Counted from the first letter of the stretch, positions 1 through 11,887 are shown. The stretch: DNA of 64,000 bases from Rebecca billardiae RCC1528 (GCA_965240325.2 OZ251222.1:992001-1056000); one strand, 5' to 3'. Notes: a model not told the origin generated them from the letters alone. A program made the numbers and translations.

Positions 1-322
1 TGACGTGACGGGCAAGCCCCACGGTGCGCATGTATCGGTTGGCGCGCGGCCCCATCGAATACGAGCGCCCAGATCTGCCCCAGTCATCCGACGGGGCGTA
101 CTGTTGAGGGCCGGGGATGTCCATGTCATACTTGGATACCTGCATACGCGGCAGCGCAGACACAAACATGCTGTGCGTGGCTGCCCGTTGCATGCTGTTC
201 CTCACGAGCTCCCCATCGTAGGCACCCGGGCCTGGCGTCTTGCGCGCCTCCGATTCGGGCACGGCGAACGACCCCGCTGGTGGTGCGCGCGATCTGAAGG
301 GGACCGTTGTGATCGATGTCAT
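1..322 (-). CDS. SHIPPO/STPGR-repeat (ODF3/CIMAP1-like) ciliary protein, 5' part; exons 322-206 and 139 to the window edge
   Basis: Manual translation: MTSITTVPF...RKTPGPGAYDGEL | GTGAGG..ATGCAG intron (205-140) | VSKYDMDIPGPQQYAPS. This gives two PGP-x-x-Y repeats. Not in the ORF track. Confidence 0.65.
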   Translation of the reverse strand, partial: MTSITTVPFRSRAPPAGSFAVPESEARKTPGPGAYDGELVRNSMQRAATHSMFVSALPRMQVSKYDMDIPGPQQYAPSDDWGRSGRSYSMGPRANRYMRTVGLARHV

Positions 323-583
323 CGGTAACACCAACCCTGGCACGAATTCCACGTGGTGTGTTCGCAGCAGGCGCGCACCTAGCGCGCACGCCGCGCTTCC
401 ACCGACTCCAGTCGCCAAGCGGTCGCCTCGCCGTCAAGCACTGCGCGACGATGAAACGTCGTCGCACAAACACCAGTCTCAAGTCACGACGATCGGTATT
501 TTGCCCACACCAAATCGCCAAGCATTGCTGCCCGCCAAATTGAAAATGATTGCCCCCCGTAATTTCGTGCTCGATCATCAACG

Positions 584-1003
584 ATGACGTCGACGACGGC
601 GCGTGTGGCGGTCGCCTTCGCGGCGCTCATGGTGTCTGCAGCTCAGGCCGCGGTCGCATCACATGTGCGCTTCTCGCGCATGCCGATGGCATCACTCTCC
701 CAGCGCACACCCCTCTCGAGTGTCAACATGCTCGTCCCCACAGACGCGCCAGCCATGGTCGCGTCGAGCATGGTCCTGGCCGAGCAGCAGGACGTGTTTC
801 GGCTGGCTCTAGCTGGCGGAGTTGGCATCATGATCTTCTCGATTGTGAACGCGATGGCAGTGGGTGCCGTCGCGCGTGGTAATTGGGGCGCCTTCGAGGA
901 AGAGGCCGCGTCGTGGACCGAGGACAATCCGGAGATGAGCGAGATGAGGCGGCGCATGCTTTCAGACGAGGACTTTGAGGGCAACGAGGACGAGGCTCAG
1001 TGA
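584..1003 (+). CDS. Small single-TM protein, probably plastid-targeted, function unknown
   Basis: 139 aa ORF with a signal peptide, an S/R-rich transit-like segment, one hydrophobic helix (LALAGGVGIMIFSIVNAMAVGAV) and an acidic tail. Confidence 0.7.
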   Translation: MTSTTARVAVAFAALMVSAAQAAVASHVRFSRMPMASLSQRTPLSSVNMLVPTDAPAMVASSMVLAEQQDVFRLALAGGVGIMIFSIVNAMAVGAVARGNWGAFEEEAASWTEDNPEMSEMRRRMLSDEDFEGNEDEAQ

Positions 1004-1489
1004 GTGCACGGGGAGATCACGCTTGAGCGCGAGGTGCCGACGCGGACATGCTGTTAACCGTACTGCGCACGACCGACGTGCATGGTTTTGGTGGCAGGGT
1101 CAGTCGCGCGGCGGGCTGGGACAACAATGGATTCGCGGAAACTCAAACTCTCAGCACCAAACAGAACTCTGAACTGCGGGCGGGCGCGTCGGACTTCAGC
1201 AGTCTCCGAAGACTATGTCAGACTGAAGATCTATGGCTTCAATCGGGAAGATCTATGGCTCGTATCATATCTGACAGCACTCCGTTGCCACTGGCAACAC
1301 TGTGCCACTGTCACTCACTGTGTCTAGGTACTGTCTGTGGCACTCACTTTATCATATGAGTCAGTATTGAGTCACTTCGCGCCTTCGCGGATGACGAACA
1401 GACGAATGACGATGCTGGCGGTCATGCTGCTGGATTCACTGCGCGGAATCTGCGGATCAATATTCAATAATAATGTTCGCGATCATCAA

Positions 1490-1501
1490 GATAGATGGAT
1501 G

Positions 1502-1545
<44 letters not shown>

Positions 1546-1546
1546 T
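1490..1546. repeat. (ATAG)n microsatellite
   Basis: Read directly. Confidence 0.95.
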
Positions 1547-1748
1547 CTTAGACTTAAACGCGCGGCGTCGTACTCGGTCTCGTAGTAACTGCCGGCCAGG
1601 CCCGAGCCGCGCTCACCGCGTCTGACTCGTCTGAGGCTCCACCCATACGGGCATAGCTGTCGCGAGCTCACCTCGCAGCCTCTGCTCGCCCGTCTCGGCT
1701 GATCCTGCCGAGGGCGAACGGCAGTGCCGTCGGACCTGCCAATCGGAG

Positions 1749-3332
1749 TCACCACTTGATGGTCAGGCCGCTCTGCATCTTCTCGCGGGCGTGGTACTGC
1801 GTGTGCAGGTGCGCGCGGGCGGCAGCCGACATCGGGCCTCCGCTGAGAAGGGCGCCCTCGGCGTACAGCGCGGCTACGCGGTCGTCGACGGATGGCCAGC
1901 CCACGACTGCCTCGCCACTGCTCTCGTGGTGGAGCGCGCGCACGCGCGCCAGCCGCTCCTTGCCGCTCTCGCCGCCGTCCGCGGCCGGCCGTGCCTGCCC
2001 ACCGCCGTTCAGGCAGCCCGCGGGGCACGCCATGAGCTCGACGAAGTCGTACGCGCACTTGCCGCCCTTCACCTTCCGCACGACGTTCTGGATGTTGCGG
2101 AAGCCGTGCGCCAGCGCGAAGCGCAGCTTGACCTCGCCGCCCACCTCGAGCACCAGCTCCCGCATGTCCGCGTTGCGCCCCGCGCGCCACGGCAGCTCAG
2201 CGCCAGGCGCAAAGTCCACACCGAACAGGTCCGCGGCCGCACGGCGGAAGACGTACTCGCAGTAGCCGCCCGAGCCGCCGGGCGGCGCGCGGAACGATCG
2301 GGCGCCAAAGTCGACGTTGCCCAGCCGGAGCTCGTCCACGGCGCGCTCATCGCCGTCGGCGCGCGCGGCCGCGTGCGTGAGCTCGCCGCCGCCGCCGCCC
2401 CCCATCTGCAAGCCCACGCTCCCGCTGCCTCGGGCAGAACCGATGGCGTCGAGCGCGCCGAGGTCGACACCGCGTGATGCGAGCAGCTCGATGACCTCGG
2501 CGCTCGAGAGGACGCAGTCCACGTCTCGCCTGGACTCGTCCGCCCGGTCGGCAAAGTCCGAGCGCGAGGCCTCGAGCTTCTTGTCGAAGCACGGCATCAA
2601 CGCGACGTGGTACACTCGAGCGGCCGGCGCGACCGGCGGAGGCCCGCCGCTGGGCGGCGGCGCCGCGGAGGAAGGCGTGGAGCGATCGAGCAGCGCGCGC
2701 ACGAGCGTGCCCATCACCTGCTGCGGCGACTTGACCGTGCTCATGTACGGCAGGACCGCCTCCCCGTGCACCTTCTCCGCATAGCACACCCAGCCCGGGC
2801 ATGAGCCGCTGAGCACCGGCAGGCAGCCTGCGCGCCCGCGCGCCTGCGCGGCCACAAAGCGGTGCTGAAACTCGGCGGCGCACTCGATGAGCGAGATGTC
2901 CGCCGCGAGGCCGCAGTCGACAACGTGCCGGCACCCCAGCCGCCCGAGCGCGTGCGCCAGCCGTTCAAACACCTGCACGGACGAGAGGCCATAGTGCGCA
3001 GCGAGCGACGCTCGCGTCGCAGGCGAGACAGAGACCACCACGGGCCGCGCGCCGCCAAGCTGCGAGAGGAACTCATCGGCGCTCTGCTGCGTGATCAGAA
3101 CGGTCTCCGCAGACGTGACGCAGCCGCTGCACGCGAGGCAATCGTTTAGCGTCACCTTTGCCACCGCGGGCGCCGGCTGCGCGCGACCGTGCGCAGCAGC
3201 ATCATCGTCCTCCAGCTCGATCAACGCGGACGATCGTTTGGCGTCGATCTGCATGGGCTTCACGCATGCTTGTGACGGCGTGATGAAGTCACTGAGGTCG
3301 TCGAGCACCACGCCGAAGCCCGACGAGCTCAT
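1749..3332 (-). CDS. NAR1: Cytosolic Fe-S assembly factor NAR1/NARFL (FeFe-hydrogenase-like)
   Basis: Motifs LDDLSDFITPSQACVKP, LNDCLACSGCVTSAE, CPGWVCYAEK, MPCFDKKLEASR, ELMACPAGCLNGGGQ, LHTQYH and a C-terminal W. The likely start is MSSSG at 3332. Confidence 0.95.
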   Translation of the reverse strand: MSSSGFGVVLDDLSDFITPSQACVKPMQIDAKRSSALIELEDDDAAAHGRAQPAPAVAKVTLNDCLACSGCVTSAETVLITQQSADEFLSQLGGARPVVVSVSPATRASLAAHYGLSSVQVFERLAHALGRLGCRHVVDCGLAADISLIECAAEFQHRFVAAQARGRAGCLPVLSGSCPGWVCYAEKVHGEAVLPYMSTVKSPQQVMGTLVRALLDRSTPSSAAPPPSGGPPPVAPAARVYHVALMPCFDKKLEASRSDFADRADESRRDVDCVLSSAEVIELLASRGVDLGALDAIGSARGSGSVGLQMGGGGGGELTHAAARADGDERAVDELRLGNVDFGARSFRAPPGGSGGYCEYVFRRAAADLFGVDFAPGAELPWRAGRNADMRELVLEVGGEVKLRFALAHGFRNIQNVVRKVKGGKCAYDFVELMACPAGCLNGGGQARPAADGGESGKERLARVRALHHESSGEAVVGWPSVDDRVAALYAEGALLSGGPMSAAARAHLHTQYHAREKMQSGLTIKW

Positions 3333-3525
3333 GGCGGCGGGCTCACGGGGCCGCCACGCGCGCGATGCACGGCACGCTCGCCAGCGGCGCCCACTGCGCC
3401 CACCCCTGCAAGTCCGCAGCAAAGTCCGGCCGGCAAGGGCCGAGTCCTGAGCCGCGGTCCAACCGACAAGTGCACCGATCTCGATCGGCGAGGGGCTCCG
3501 TGCATTCTGCGACACGTCGGCACCG

Positions 3526-4362
3526 ATGGCGGCGACGCTGTCGCTGAGCGCGCGACGTGCGGCGCTCTACCCGGTCTTGCGCCCGGTGGTCACCATCGGC
3601 GGCGCAGCTGCGGCGTACGGCACGTCGGAACTTTACTCGTCCCGCGCCCCCCCCTCCCCCGCCCACAAGTCGGACTCTCAAGCACTCAGCCCCCGCATGT
3701 CCGCGCTCGTGAGCGTTGCGGGGTCCGCGCCGCTCTTCGGGCTGAGCTCCATCGCGCTGAGTGCGGTGTTGACAAGGATGGGCGGGATGAAGTGGCTCGC
3801 GCAGACCTGGGAGCACACTGCGTGGAGTGTGCTCTATGCTGGCACCGGGCTCCTCGCAGCGGCACGGCCCATGCCTGAGGTCATCGAGGCCATGGACCTG
3901 GCGCCCGGGACAGGCCCAAACAACGCAGAGGCGCTGTACGTGACGTTCAGCCGGGTGGGTATCGCCTTGTTCAGCGTGGGCGCGCTCGTGACGACTGCTG
4001 CCGAGCGGCTCGGCAGCTCCTTTGGCCGGCTCGCCTTCACCCCGCTCGTTGTCGGTGGCGTGCTCGCCGCCCTTCAGCCAGAGCCAGATCGGTTCTGGCC
4101 ACTGCTGGCAGTGCCATGCAGCGTGGTGCCCTTCCTGCTACTCAGCACGCAGCCCGTCTTCACGAGGTCACTCGAGCTCATAGCTGTCGCCATGTGGATC
4201 GGCGTGTCGATGGTGCCGTCCCTCTCCGAGCTCGTGCCAGGGAGCCGCGTGCACGAGCTCCCGCCGGGCGTGCGCATCGCGGTGGAGCACGGCGCACTCG
4301 CCATGGCTGTCCTGCTGCTGCACTCGCACGCCATGCGCCGCCGCCCCATCTGTCAGTACTGA
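3526..4362 (+). CDS. Multi-pass membrane protein, function unknown
   Basis: 278 aa ATG ORF with about 7 hydrophobic segments, divergent from NAR1. Confidence 0.7.
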   Translation: MAATLSLSARRAALYPVLRPVVTIGGAAAAYGTSELYSSRAPPSPAHKSDSQALSPRMSALVSVAGSAPLFGLSSIALSAVLTRMGGMKWLAQTWEHTAWSVLYAGTGLLAAARPMPEVIEAMDLAPGTGPNNAEALYVTFSRVGIALFSVGALVTTAAERLGSSFGRLAFTPLVVGGVLAALQPEPDRFWPLLAVPCSVVPFLLLSTQPVFTRSLELIAVAMWIGVSMVPSLSELVPGSRVHELPPGVRIAVEHGALAMAVLLLHSHAMRRRPICQY

Positions 4363-4692
4363 TGCACACGGGCCACCGCATGGGCCAAGTTCGCAGGCCG
4401 CGCTCTCCCGGCTCTGCCGCTCGCCTGTCGTAGTCACTCACATGTGACGCGGCGGCCGGCTGCGTTTCAGTCATCATCATCGCGGTGATGCTGTCTGCGA
4501 ATGTCTCGTCAATAATTCAGTGATGACTTGACGCGCGTCGACCCGCCCCTGTCCCTGGTAACGACTAGTTAACGTCGAAGTGATGAATCATCCTCATCAG
4601 CTATATATATATATATATATGTGTGTATATATATATTAATATACCGGGCATCTGACTGATAGTCTTACGGCCGCACAGTGCATACTGTCGTG

Positions 4693-4695
<3 letters not shown>

Positions 4696-4760
<65 letters not shown>

Positions 4761-4779
4761 TGTGCACACACACACACAC
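4696..4779. repeat. (CA)n microsatellite, with (TA)n at ~4602-4636
   Basis: Read directly. Confidence 0.95.
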
Positions 4780-4801
4780 TGCTGCGACAGATATATCTCG
4801 A

Positions 4802-5770
4802 TCAGAGCGCGGTTGCGAAAAGCAGCCTGTCGTTCAGGCGGTCTGGCAGCAGGCGGTCGAGAGCAGCGATGAACCACGCGGGCATGCCGAGACTCTGCGC
4901 CACCATGTAGCGCGTGCGCGGGTACGGGTCGAGGAGTGCATGCATGATTGCGTCCGTAGTCACGCTGGGCGGCGACGCACGCGCCATCCCGCCGTCCCAG
5001 AATCGCTCCAGGTGATCGGAGTCGAGCAGCCACGAGTAGGCTGGCTTGGCCGTTGCCGCGTGCTTGAAGCACGAGCTGCCGTACATGCTCGACTTGGCTG
5101 CAGTGCTGATCACGTCCGAGCGGACGAATGCCGGCTCTATCAGCGAGACGGAGACGTTGAAGGGTAGCATCTCGACGCGCAGCGCGTCGCTCATCGTTTC
5201 CAGCGCGTGCTTGGAAGCTGCATATGCGCCGAGCCCAAACGGGGGCCTGACCACGCCGCCAATGGAGGAGATCCCGATGATGCGTCCCTGTGCGGCGCGC
5301 AGCTGTGGCAAGAGTCGCTGCGTCAGGCGCAGCACGCCGAAGTAGTTCACGTCAAAGATACGGCGCACATCCTCCACGGGCTGGCCCTCGGTTGGACACC
5401 AACCTGCAATGCCAGCGTTATTGATCAGCCCGGCCAGTGGCAGCCCCGAGGCGCCGATGGCGTCGGCAGCAGCTTCAATTTCGTCATTCTTCGTAACGTC
5501 GAGGATGAGACCGCGCACTCGTCCGCCGGACGCCTCGATGATCTCGTCACGGTCGGCAGCTGTGCGCACTCCGCAGTACACCGTGAGTTGGTCACCGCGG
5601 GCTGCCAGCGAGAGACATGCATCGCGACCAATGCCTGACGAAGCACCGGTGAGAAGGATGACGGCACCTTGCGTGGGCACAGGAAACGCTCGGCGAAGCG
5701 CACGATCCAACCCGAGCGGTAGAATTACTGCGACGACGCACACGGCCAGTGCGATCAGGCGGCCCGCCAT
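4802..5770 (-). CDS. Short-chain dehydrogenase/reductase (17beta-HSD/RDH-like) with an N-terminal anchor
   Basis: TGASSGIG, LDVT, NNAGI and YAASK motifs. Confidence 0.93.
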   Translation of the reverse strand: MAGRLIALAVCVVAVILPLGLDRALRRAFPVPTQGAVILLTGASSGIGRDACLSLAARGDQLTVYCGVRTAADRDEIIEASGGRVRGLILDVTKNDEIEAAADAIGASGLPLAGLINNAGIAGWCPTEGQPVEDVRRIFDVNYFGVLRLTQRLLPQLRAAQGRIIGISSIGGVVRPPFGLGAYAASKHALETMSDALRVEMLPFNVSVSLIEPAFVRSDVISTAAKSSMYGSSCFKHAATAKPAYSWLLDSDHLERFWDGGMARASPPSVTTDAIMHALLDPYPRTRYMVAQSLGMPAWFIAALDRLLPDRLNDRLLFATAL

Positions 5771-6599
5771 GCTGACGCGACGAGGCTACAACGGATCCGT
5801 CCTCCGGATTTCCTCCGGACATTTCTAATGGCCGCCAGCGCGCGCCCACGTCGCGGGGTGGGTCGGCCGGCGCGTTGGGCTCGACCGGCCTGGGGTTGGC
5901 TTCGACGCCACCAGCGGGATGCCACACTGACTCGGCCATTGGGGCTCACGAGGGCGCCTCGGAGTTCAGAGGGTGTGGTGGTCAGACGGGCGTCCCGGTC
6001 GTGCGTTCGGGCGGCAAGCAGGCCGGCTGCCTAGCAGCCCAAACGCGGTGCGCCGCGCGAGCCAAGGCCCTGGCGGGCATCACATGGACGGTACCTGGCC
6101 ACATGGGTCGCCTGGAGTCCATTTCCGCGCGTGTGCCGCGCTGGACTGTGGCTACGGCTCAGCCGGAGGCACGACGGGCGCAGCCCATGAGCACGGACTG
6201 AGCACGGCCTCGCTCGCGTGGCGCGTGCAGCGACGTACGGGGCCTATCTTGGCGCGCGAGCTCGCGAGCAGCGCGCGGAGAAGTAGTGCCGGAGCTCCGA
6301 CCACGATGGCCCGCGCACCCGCGCCCTCTGCGGCCCGTGACGGTGTGCCAAGCCGGCGCCCGCGAATCGACGAGGGTGGCCGCCATCTTCGCGCGCTTTT
6401 CGCGCCCGGCGATGCCGTTTCTTTTTTTTCGGCGGGCCTAGGACATGTAACGATTTTTTGTATGCGGGCACGGGGACGACAGTTGGTAGCGCCGCGCCGC
6501 TGAGGCGACTGTGCAACCGCCGATAGCGGCCGCTGTTCTGACTCAGCCTGGCTTACGCGGCCCCGCCGCCTCCCTCGCGGTAGTGCGTCCGCACTGAAC

Positions 6600-8388
6600 A
6601 TCAAGCTCCATCCACCGGCGCCGGCAGCGCTGCTCACGGCGCACCTGAGATGGACGTGTTCGTGTGGCACGTACATGGCGCACAGGTGTGTGCATCCGGC
6701 GCACGCGCAGGTCGTCTGCCTCACCTTGCCGCCCGGATCCTCGGGGTGGTAGTCCGGCATCCGAATGCGCTTGCGCAAGACGCTGCCGCATGGGGTGCTC
6801 ATCTTCTTGGCGTCTGTGTCGCACTGCATGCAGTCGCTCTTTGATACTTTGAGAGGAGCGGGTCGCCCTTGCCGTCGAGGAGCGTCTCAGCCACCGCCAG
6901 GTAACACTGCGCGGGCTGTGCTGCGCGATCCGCGAGCATCGATGTCAGGCTCCTTCCCGCGAGGAGCGCTCAGGCGCGGCGCGCTCGGCGCGCCCTGCTG
7001 CGCATCCTCCACTGCTACATAGGCGGCTCGCACCCACACGCGGCGCCCGCCCGGGGGGCGCCCGCGGCGGGCGTCACGCGCCCTGCTGCTGCGCCGCGGC
7101 CGCAGCCGCGGCCACGGCCACAGCTCTGTGGCCGCAGCCGCCTGCCTGCATCGGCTGTGCAGGCTCAAGCTCGGGCGGCGCTTCGGCTGGCGCTGGCATG
7201 TCCGTGAGCTTAGGCATGCGCCAACTCGCTGATTGCAGCCACACATCCTCGTCCAACACGATCAGCCACGCGTCTCTCGCGCTTGCCAGGCGGCTCGGCG
7301 CGGGACCTCCCAGGATCTCGAGCGCGGATTGGCCGCGGGTGAAGCGCGACTGCGCTGCTTGCCCAGCCCGCCGGAATCGATCGTCACAACACTCCGCCCG
7401 CCTCGTGCCGAGGACGTCGACGCACGAGTGAATGAAGACGAGATCCTTGCTCGGGCGCTGTCGACCACTGTTGTTCTTGGCATACGCCCTGATGGCGGTG
7501 CCTGCGACGCCCCACATCTTCTTGGGGTCAGTGTCGCAGACGATGCACGCAGACCATGGCACGCGTGGGCACGCGCACGCGGTCTCGAGCGCGGGGAGTG
7601 TGTTGCTGACGCAGTGAGGAGGAGCGCCGGCTTCGGAGAGGTGTGGCTCCAGGCACGCTCGATGGCATCCAGTACCTCGGGCAGCGTGTCGTCCGACGGC
7701 AGTTTGCCGCTGAGCTCAGCCGCATGGGCGTGCCAGCCCGAGGGATGATCTCCGGCAAGTGAAAGGAGCACAGCCACTCCTGCTCGCGGAGCACTTTGCC
7801 CATCGCGTCGATCACTGACACGGACAAACCGATCACACGCGCCTCGCGTAGCCGCGAAGGGTTGCTAAGGTCAACCTCGACGGACGCGAAGACAGCCCCG
7901 TCCACGCCGCCCTCCGACTTGCCCAACAGCTGCTCCCACTATCGCTGGTGTGCTGCGGCTGCGGCGGCTGCGGTTGCTGCGGTCGACCAAGGCCGGTAGA
8001 GCTGCTCATTGGCATGGCTTCATTCATATCCCCTTCCTCCTCCTCTATGGCCCGATCGACGTCGTGACCTTCAACGACAGGGTCGTCGTCTGCCTTCCGC
8101 AACGGTCAGGTCCTCGCGCGAGACATCGTAGGTGTTGCCACCGTTGAGAAAGCCGTTCTCGTCGTTGTAACCGGGCGGGCACACTTCATAGGGGTCATGG
8201 CGACTCGGAAGCTCGTGCGCGCGGGGCGGACTTGCCGCGCCGCGGCGGAGCGCCGCGTCCACGGCCGCGCCCGTCGCCGGATACCTTTGGCGCCATTTCG
8301 GACAACGTTCACGGTAGTCCGGGCGTGCCGACCGGGAGTTCTAATCGATTGGAGGATAATACTTTGCGTCTTATTCTTAGTAAACTGT
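6600..8388 (-). pseudogene. Degenerate, frameshifted transposon-associated ORF downstream of a TA-CAGTTTACTAAGAATAAGACGC end
   Basis: Terminal motif at 8365-8389. ATG (MAPKVSGDGRGRGR) at 8296. Protein-like blocks in alternating frames, ending in a Cys-rich tail (RQTTCACAGCTHLC). Confidence 0.4.
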
Positions 8389-8497
8389 ACGTAGCTACTC
8401 AATAAGTACGAATCGTCACATCATCAGTGACATCAGTCTGCCAGTCGGACTGCCGCGACACCGACACGCGTCTATCAAACGCTGATGCTTTACAGCG

Positions 8498-9728
8498 TCA
8501 CGTCAGCATGACCACCTCGGGCGTGATCTCAGGGAGCACATCCCCGCGACCGCCGGCGATGACTGTCACTTCCTCGCCAGCGTATGGCACGAGCTTGTCG
8601 TACTCGGTGTCACCTACGCCTTTTGTCTTCCGAAGCTCATACCAGGGCTGTTCTCACGAGGCAACGGGAGGGGTGGGGATGTGGTGGGATGGGGAGGGGC
8701 GAGAGGGAGGACGTGCGTGGCCCGGCAGATGAGCCCGGCATCGATGTCGCACGCCCCGCGCTGCGAGCTGATACGCGTGCACGTGGCGCAAACGTGCACG
8801 CGGCACGCACCCTGTCAGCATCGCGCTTGGGCAGGTGGATCACGACGCGCCCGTTCAGCACCTTGACCGCGCACTCGTGCTGCATAATCTCCTCCAGCAG
8901 GATGGGGATGTTAAGCGTGAGCTCGGACGAAGCGTCCGTGCGGATGCGCAGCTTGAACGCGCGATCAAACACGCTCAGCACGATGGCGTTGGCGGCGAGC
9001 GCCTGAGCGCCCGCGAGTGGGATGTTCACCTTCACCTTGCCCTCGCCATCGATCATCGCGTAGTTCGAAATTGTCGTTTGCCGCAGTACGGCGCTCACAA
9101 CGCGCTTCGCCTTGGGCACGAGTGGCTCGGGCTCAGTGATCGTGTTACCCAGGTTCTTGTTGACCGAGTAGTAGTACGAGTTCTCGCCGAGCTTGGCCTG
9201 CGAGGCGCGCACGGCGGAGGCCTCAGCGGCGGCTGCGGCGGTGCTCGCCGCCGCGTCGCCAGCCCGCTGGCCCGCAGAGTCCGTGACGACGAAGAGGTCT
9301 GTCCCGGCCGGCAGCCCGCAGGGCATGATTGCTGCTGGACCCAAGGATTGGCCCGCGTGCGTGCGCACGCTCACGGCGCGATCTGCCTGCAAAGTGGTGC
9401 GAGGATGGCGAGCGCGGCCGGCGCGGTCAGACGTGAGCATAGAGGTGCTATGCAACTGCACCGGACGCGGCGACAGCTCACCATCGAGTTCGCACCACCG
9501 TGTGCCCCAGTGTACCCGTCGACAAACCACGAGATCGCGTCGGCCACGGTCACGGCGCGCGAGCCATCCAATGCGAGCCTGCCGACGTGGGCATGGCACG
9601 CCGGGCATCGGCAACGCGCGAGTGAGGCGGGTGCGCTCGCTGTGCAACGCCGCGCGCGCATGCGACACTCACTTCATGGTGTGGAACGGTTCGCTCTCTT
9701 CATAGTGCAGGAAAACTGTCGTCGCCAT
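8498..9728 (-). CDS. Ubiquitin-like N-domain + CS (p23/CacyBP-like) domain protein; exons 9728-9673, 9578-9482, 9386-8811, 8647-8498
   Basis: Three GT-AG introns join in frame: MATTVFLHYEE..K/LALDG..NSM/ADRAVSV..GTDLFVV..GENSYYY..ISNYAMIDGEGKVKVNIPL..LPKRDADR/PWYELRK..MLT*. Confidence 0.75.
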
Positions 9729-10488
9729 TGTGCCGTGAGTCGTTGGCTTCCAGACGCCACGCCTCACACCTGCCCGCCCTGCCCAGGCCGGGCCGGTGCG
9801 GGCGCGCCGAAATCGTGCTGCTGTAGTGTATGTATGAGTGCGGTCCGCGCCGTCTCTTGGACGGCACGGGCCATGTGAAGTGTCGCTGCAGTACACGTAT
9901 GTCGTGCCGTGATGTGTGCTCCTGAATGTGTAGATTGGACCTGTCGCCTGAGCATCCAGCGGGCGGCCCCGCCCAAGAGTTCCGCAACGGGCTACGTGTA
10001 ACGTGACCAATCACGCCTGCGGCTTGATGGTGCCAGCGGCCAGCAGCCGCAAGCAAGCGCGTCAGGCCGAGGCCAGCTGTTGCGGCAGCGTGCGCATAGC
10101 AGACGCGCAGAAACTGACGTGAGGCGCGGCGATGGTACCGGTTGGCCAGGCTTGCGGCGAAACGCAGCACGGGCGCCCATCGGGCTGCACTCATCCTTGA
10201 AAAGAGCGTGTACTGTTCGCACCCCGCGCGCTCTCCACAGGGGATGCCTATTGACTCGGTGCGCAACATAGGCGCATGCGACGGGCGACCTGTATCGTCG
10301 GGCCACCCACTGTACTGGCAGTGCAGAGCCCCGTGCAGAGCAAGCTCTTGAAATCGGATGCTCGGTTGCGGCCATCATGACCAAGCCCGGCAAGCCCACT
10401 GTACAGTCCGGTGGGCCACAACTGCGCCCCGGACCGGCCAGTCGGAGTCTTACGTATCGTATCGTGTCATTAGCAAGGAGACGCACCC

Positions 10489-11430
10489 ATGTGGCCCGTC
10501 GTCGCCGTCGTGAGCATCGCGCTGGCGTCAGCCTCGCCGAGGCGAGCCGGGGCGGGCGGGGGCACGGCGCGGGCACAGTCGCGCGTACTCGCGCACATGT
10601 CGACGACGCGTAGCTTCACCGACGTGCTGCCCCCCAACGAGCCCGCAGGCCGGCTATCGGCTGAGCAGCGGGCTCGCACGCTCGGCGCCTCTACGGAGCG
10701 TGGCGTGATCTCGACCCTCGCCGACGGGGCGCCCTTCTCGGCACCAGTGGACTTTGTGCTGAACGAGCAGGGCGAACCCGTGTTCATCCTCAAGGAGGGT
10801 TCGCCCACCCACGCGAACATCGTCGCGAATAGCGCGGCGTCGTTGCTCCTGCTGGACGAGGCTTCCGCGCAGTCGCTCACGCTCATCGGCTCGGTCGGGC
10901 CCCTGCCCGAGCAGGAGTTCGCGCAGTCGCACGTGGACTTCCTCAACGTGCACCCCATCGCGCGCGAGTGCATCGCCGCCGGCGGCCTCTCGTTCTTCAA
11001 GCTCGCCGTCTCCCGCTGCTTCTTGCAGGGCGTGAGCGAGGAGACGACTGGCGACTGGCTCCCGACCGAGGCGTACGGCGAGGCGACGATCGACGCGCTG
11101 GCACCCTTCGCGCCTTCGATCCTGGAGAGCATGAACGGTGCGAAGCGTGCAGACCTCGGGCGCTTCCTGTCCGCGTACTATGGCGAGGAGCTCTCCGACT
11201 GCCGCCTCGTTGCCATCGATGAGCTTGGCTTTGATATCACCGTGAGGCCTGCGGCCCCCGCGGACGGCAAGCCAGGGAAGCGTGACGAGGAGAGGCGCCG
11301 GATCGGCTTCACGACGCCGCAAAAGACCGAGCAGGAAGCTCGCTCGCTCTTCGTGAAGACTTTCTTCCAGGCCTGGGACCCGCCACCTGCCAAGGCCACC
11401 TCGGAAGCAGAAGCTGCATCCAGTGCGTGA
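10489..11430 (+). CDS. Plastid-targeted split-barrel + DUF2470 protein (HugZ/HOZ/GluTR-binding-protein family)
   Basis: Signal and transit peptide. RARTL..GVISTL..PFSAPVDFVLNEQGEPVF..THANI..ASL, and C-terminal MN...LVAIDELGFDI...RIGF. Confidence 0.8.
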   Translation: MWPVVAVVSIALASASPRRAGAGGGTARAQSRVLAHMSTTRSFTDVLPPNEPAGRLSAEQRARTLGASTERGVISTLADGAPFSAPVDFVLNEQGEPVFILKEGSPTHANIVANSAASLLLLDEASAQSLTLIGSVGPLPEQEFAQSHVDFLNVHPIARECIAAGGLSFFKLAVSRCFLQGVSEETTGDWLPTEAYGEATIDALAPFAPSILESMNGAKRADLGRFLSAYYGEELSDCRLVAIDELGFDITVRPAAPADGKPGKRDEERRRIGFTTPQKTEQEARSLFVKTFFQAWDPPPAKATSEAEAASSA

Positions 11431-11887
11431 TAGCTGAGCCTCAAGGAGCTCAAGCACGGCTGAGCAGACCCCTGGCTAGTGGCCGGCCTCCAGCGAGTTC
11501 CGCGGCTTCGAATTGGGCTCGTTGGCCATCGCAAAGACAAGGGAGTCCGGCAAAGGCGTGGCGGCGGCGCCAATGTAGTCGACCCGCGAACTATACCAGG
11601 TTATTGGCAAGTTATTCCGATGTTGATGACGACTCAGTGGTACGGGTTACGTCGTATTATAACTATTATTATTATTATTATATAACGTAACCGGGGCGGC
11701 CGGTAACGGGCGTGCAGCTAAGTTAGGACGCACGAAAGCCTCGCGATCATCTGAATTGTTACTCAAACTCTAAGCAGACTTACTATACTAATAATAAGAA
11801 TAATAACACCCATAATCATCACACACATACACGTACATGCACACTCGTCACTCCGAGGACCGGTGTACACACACACTGCCGACACAA

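Noticed and set aside
1749-3332. True FeFe-hydrogenase
   Set aside because: The N-terminal DFITPSQAC motif, the CPGW motif and the terminal Trp identify NAR1. No maturases are nearby.
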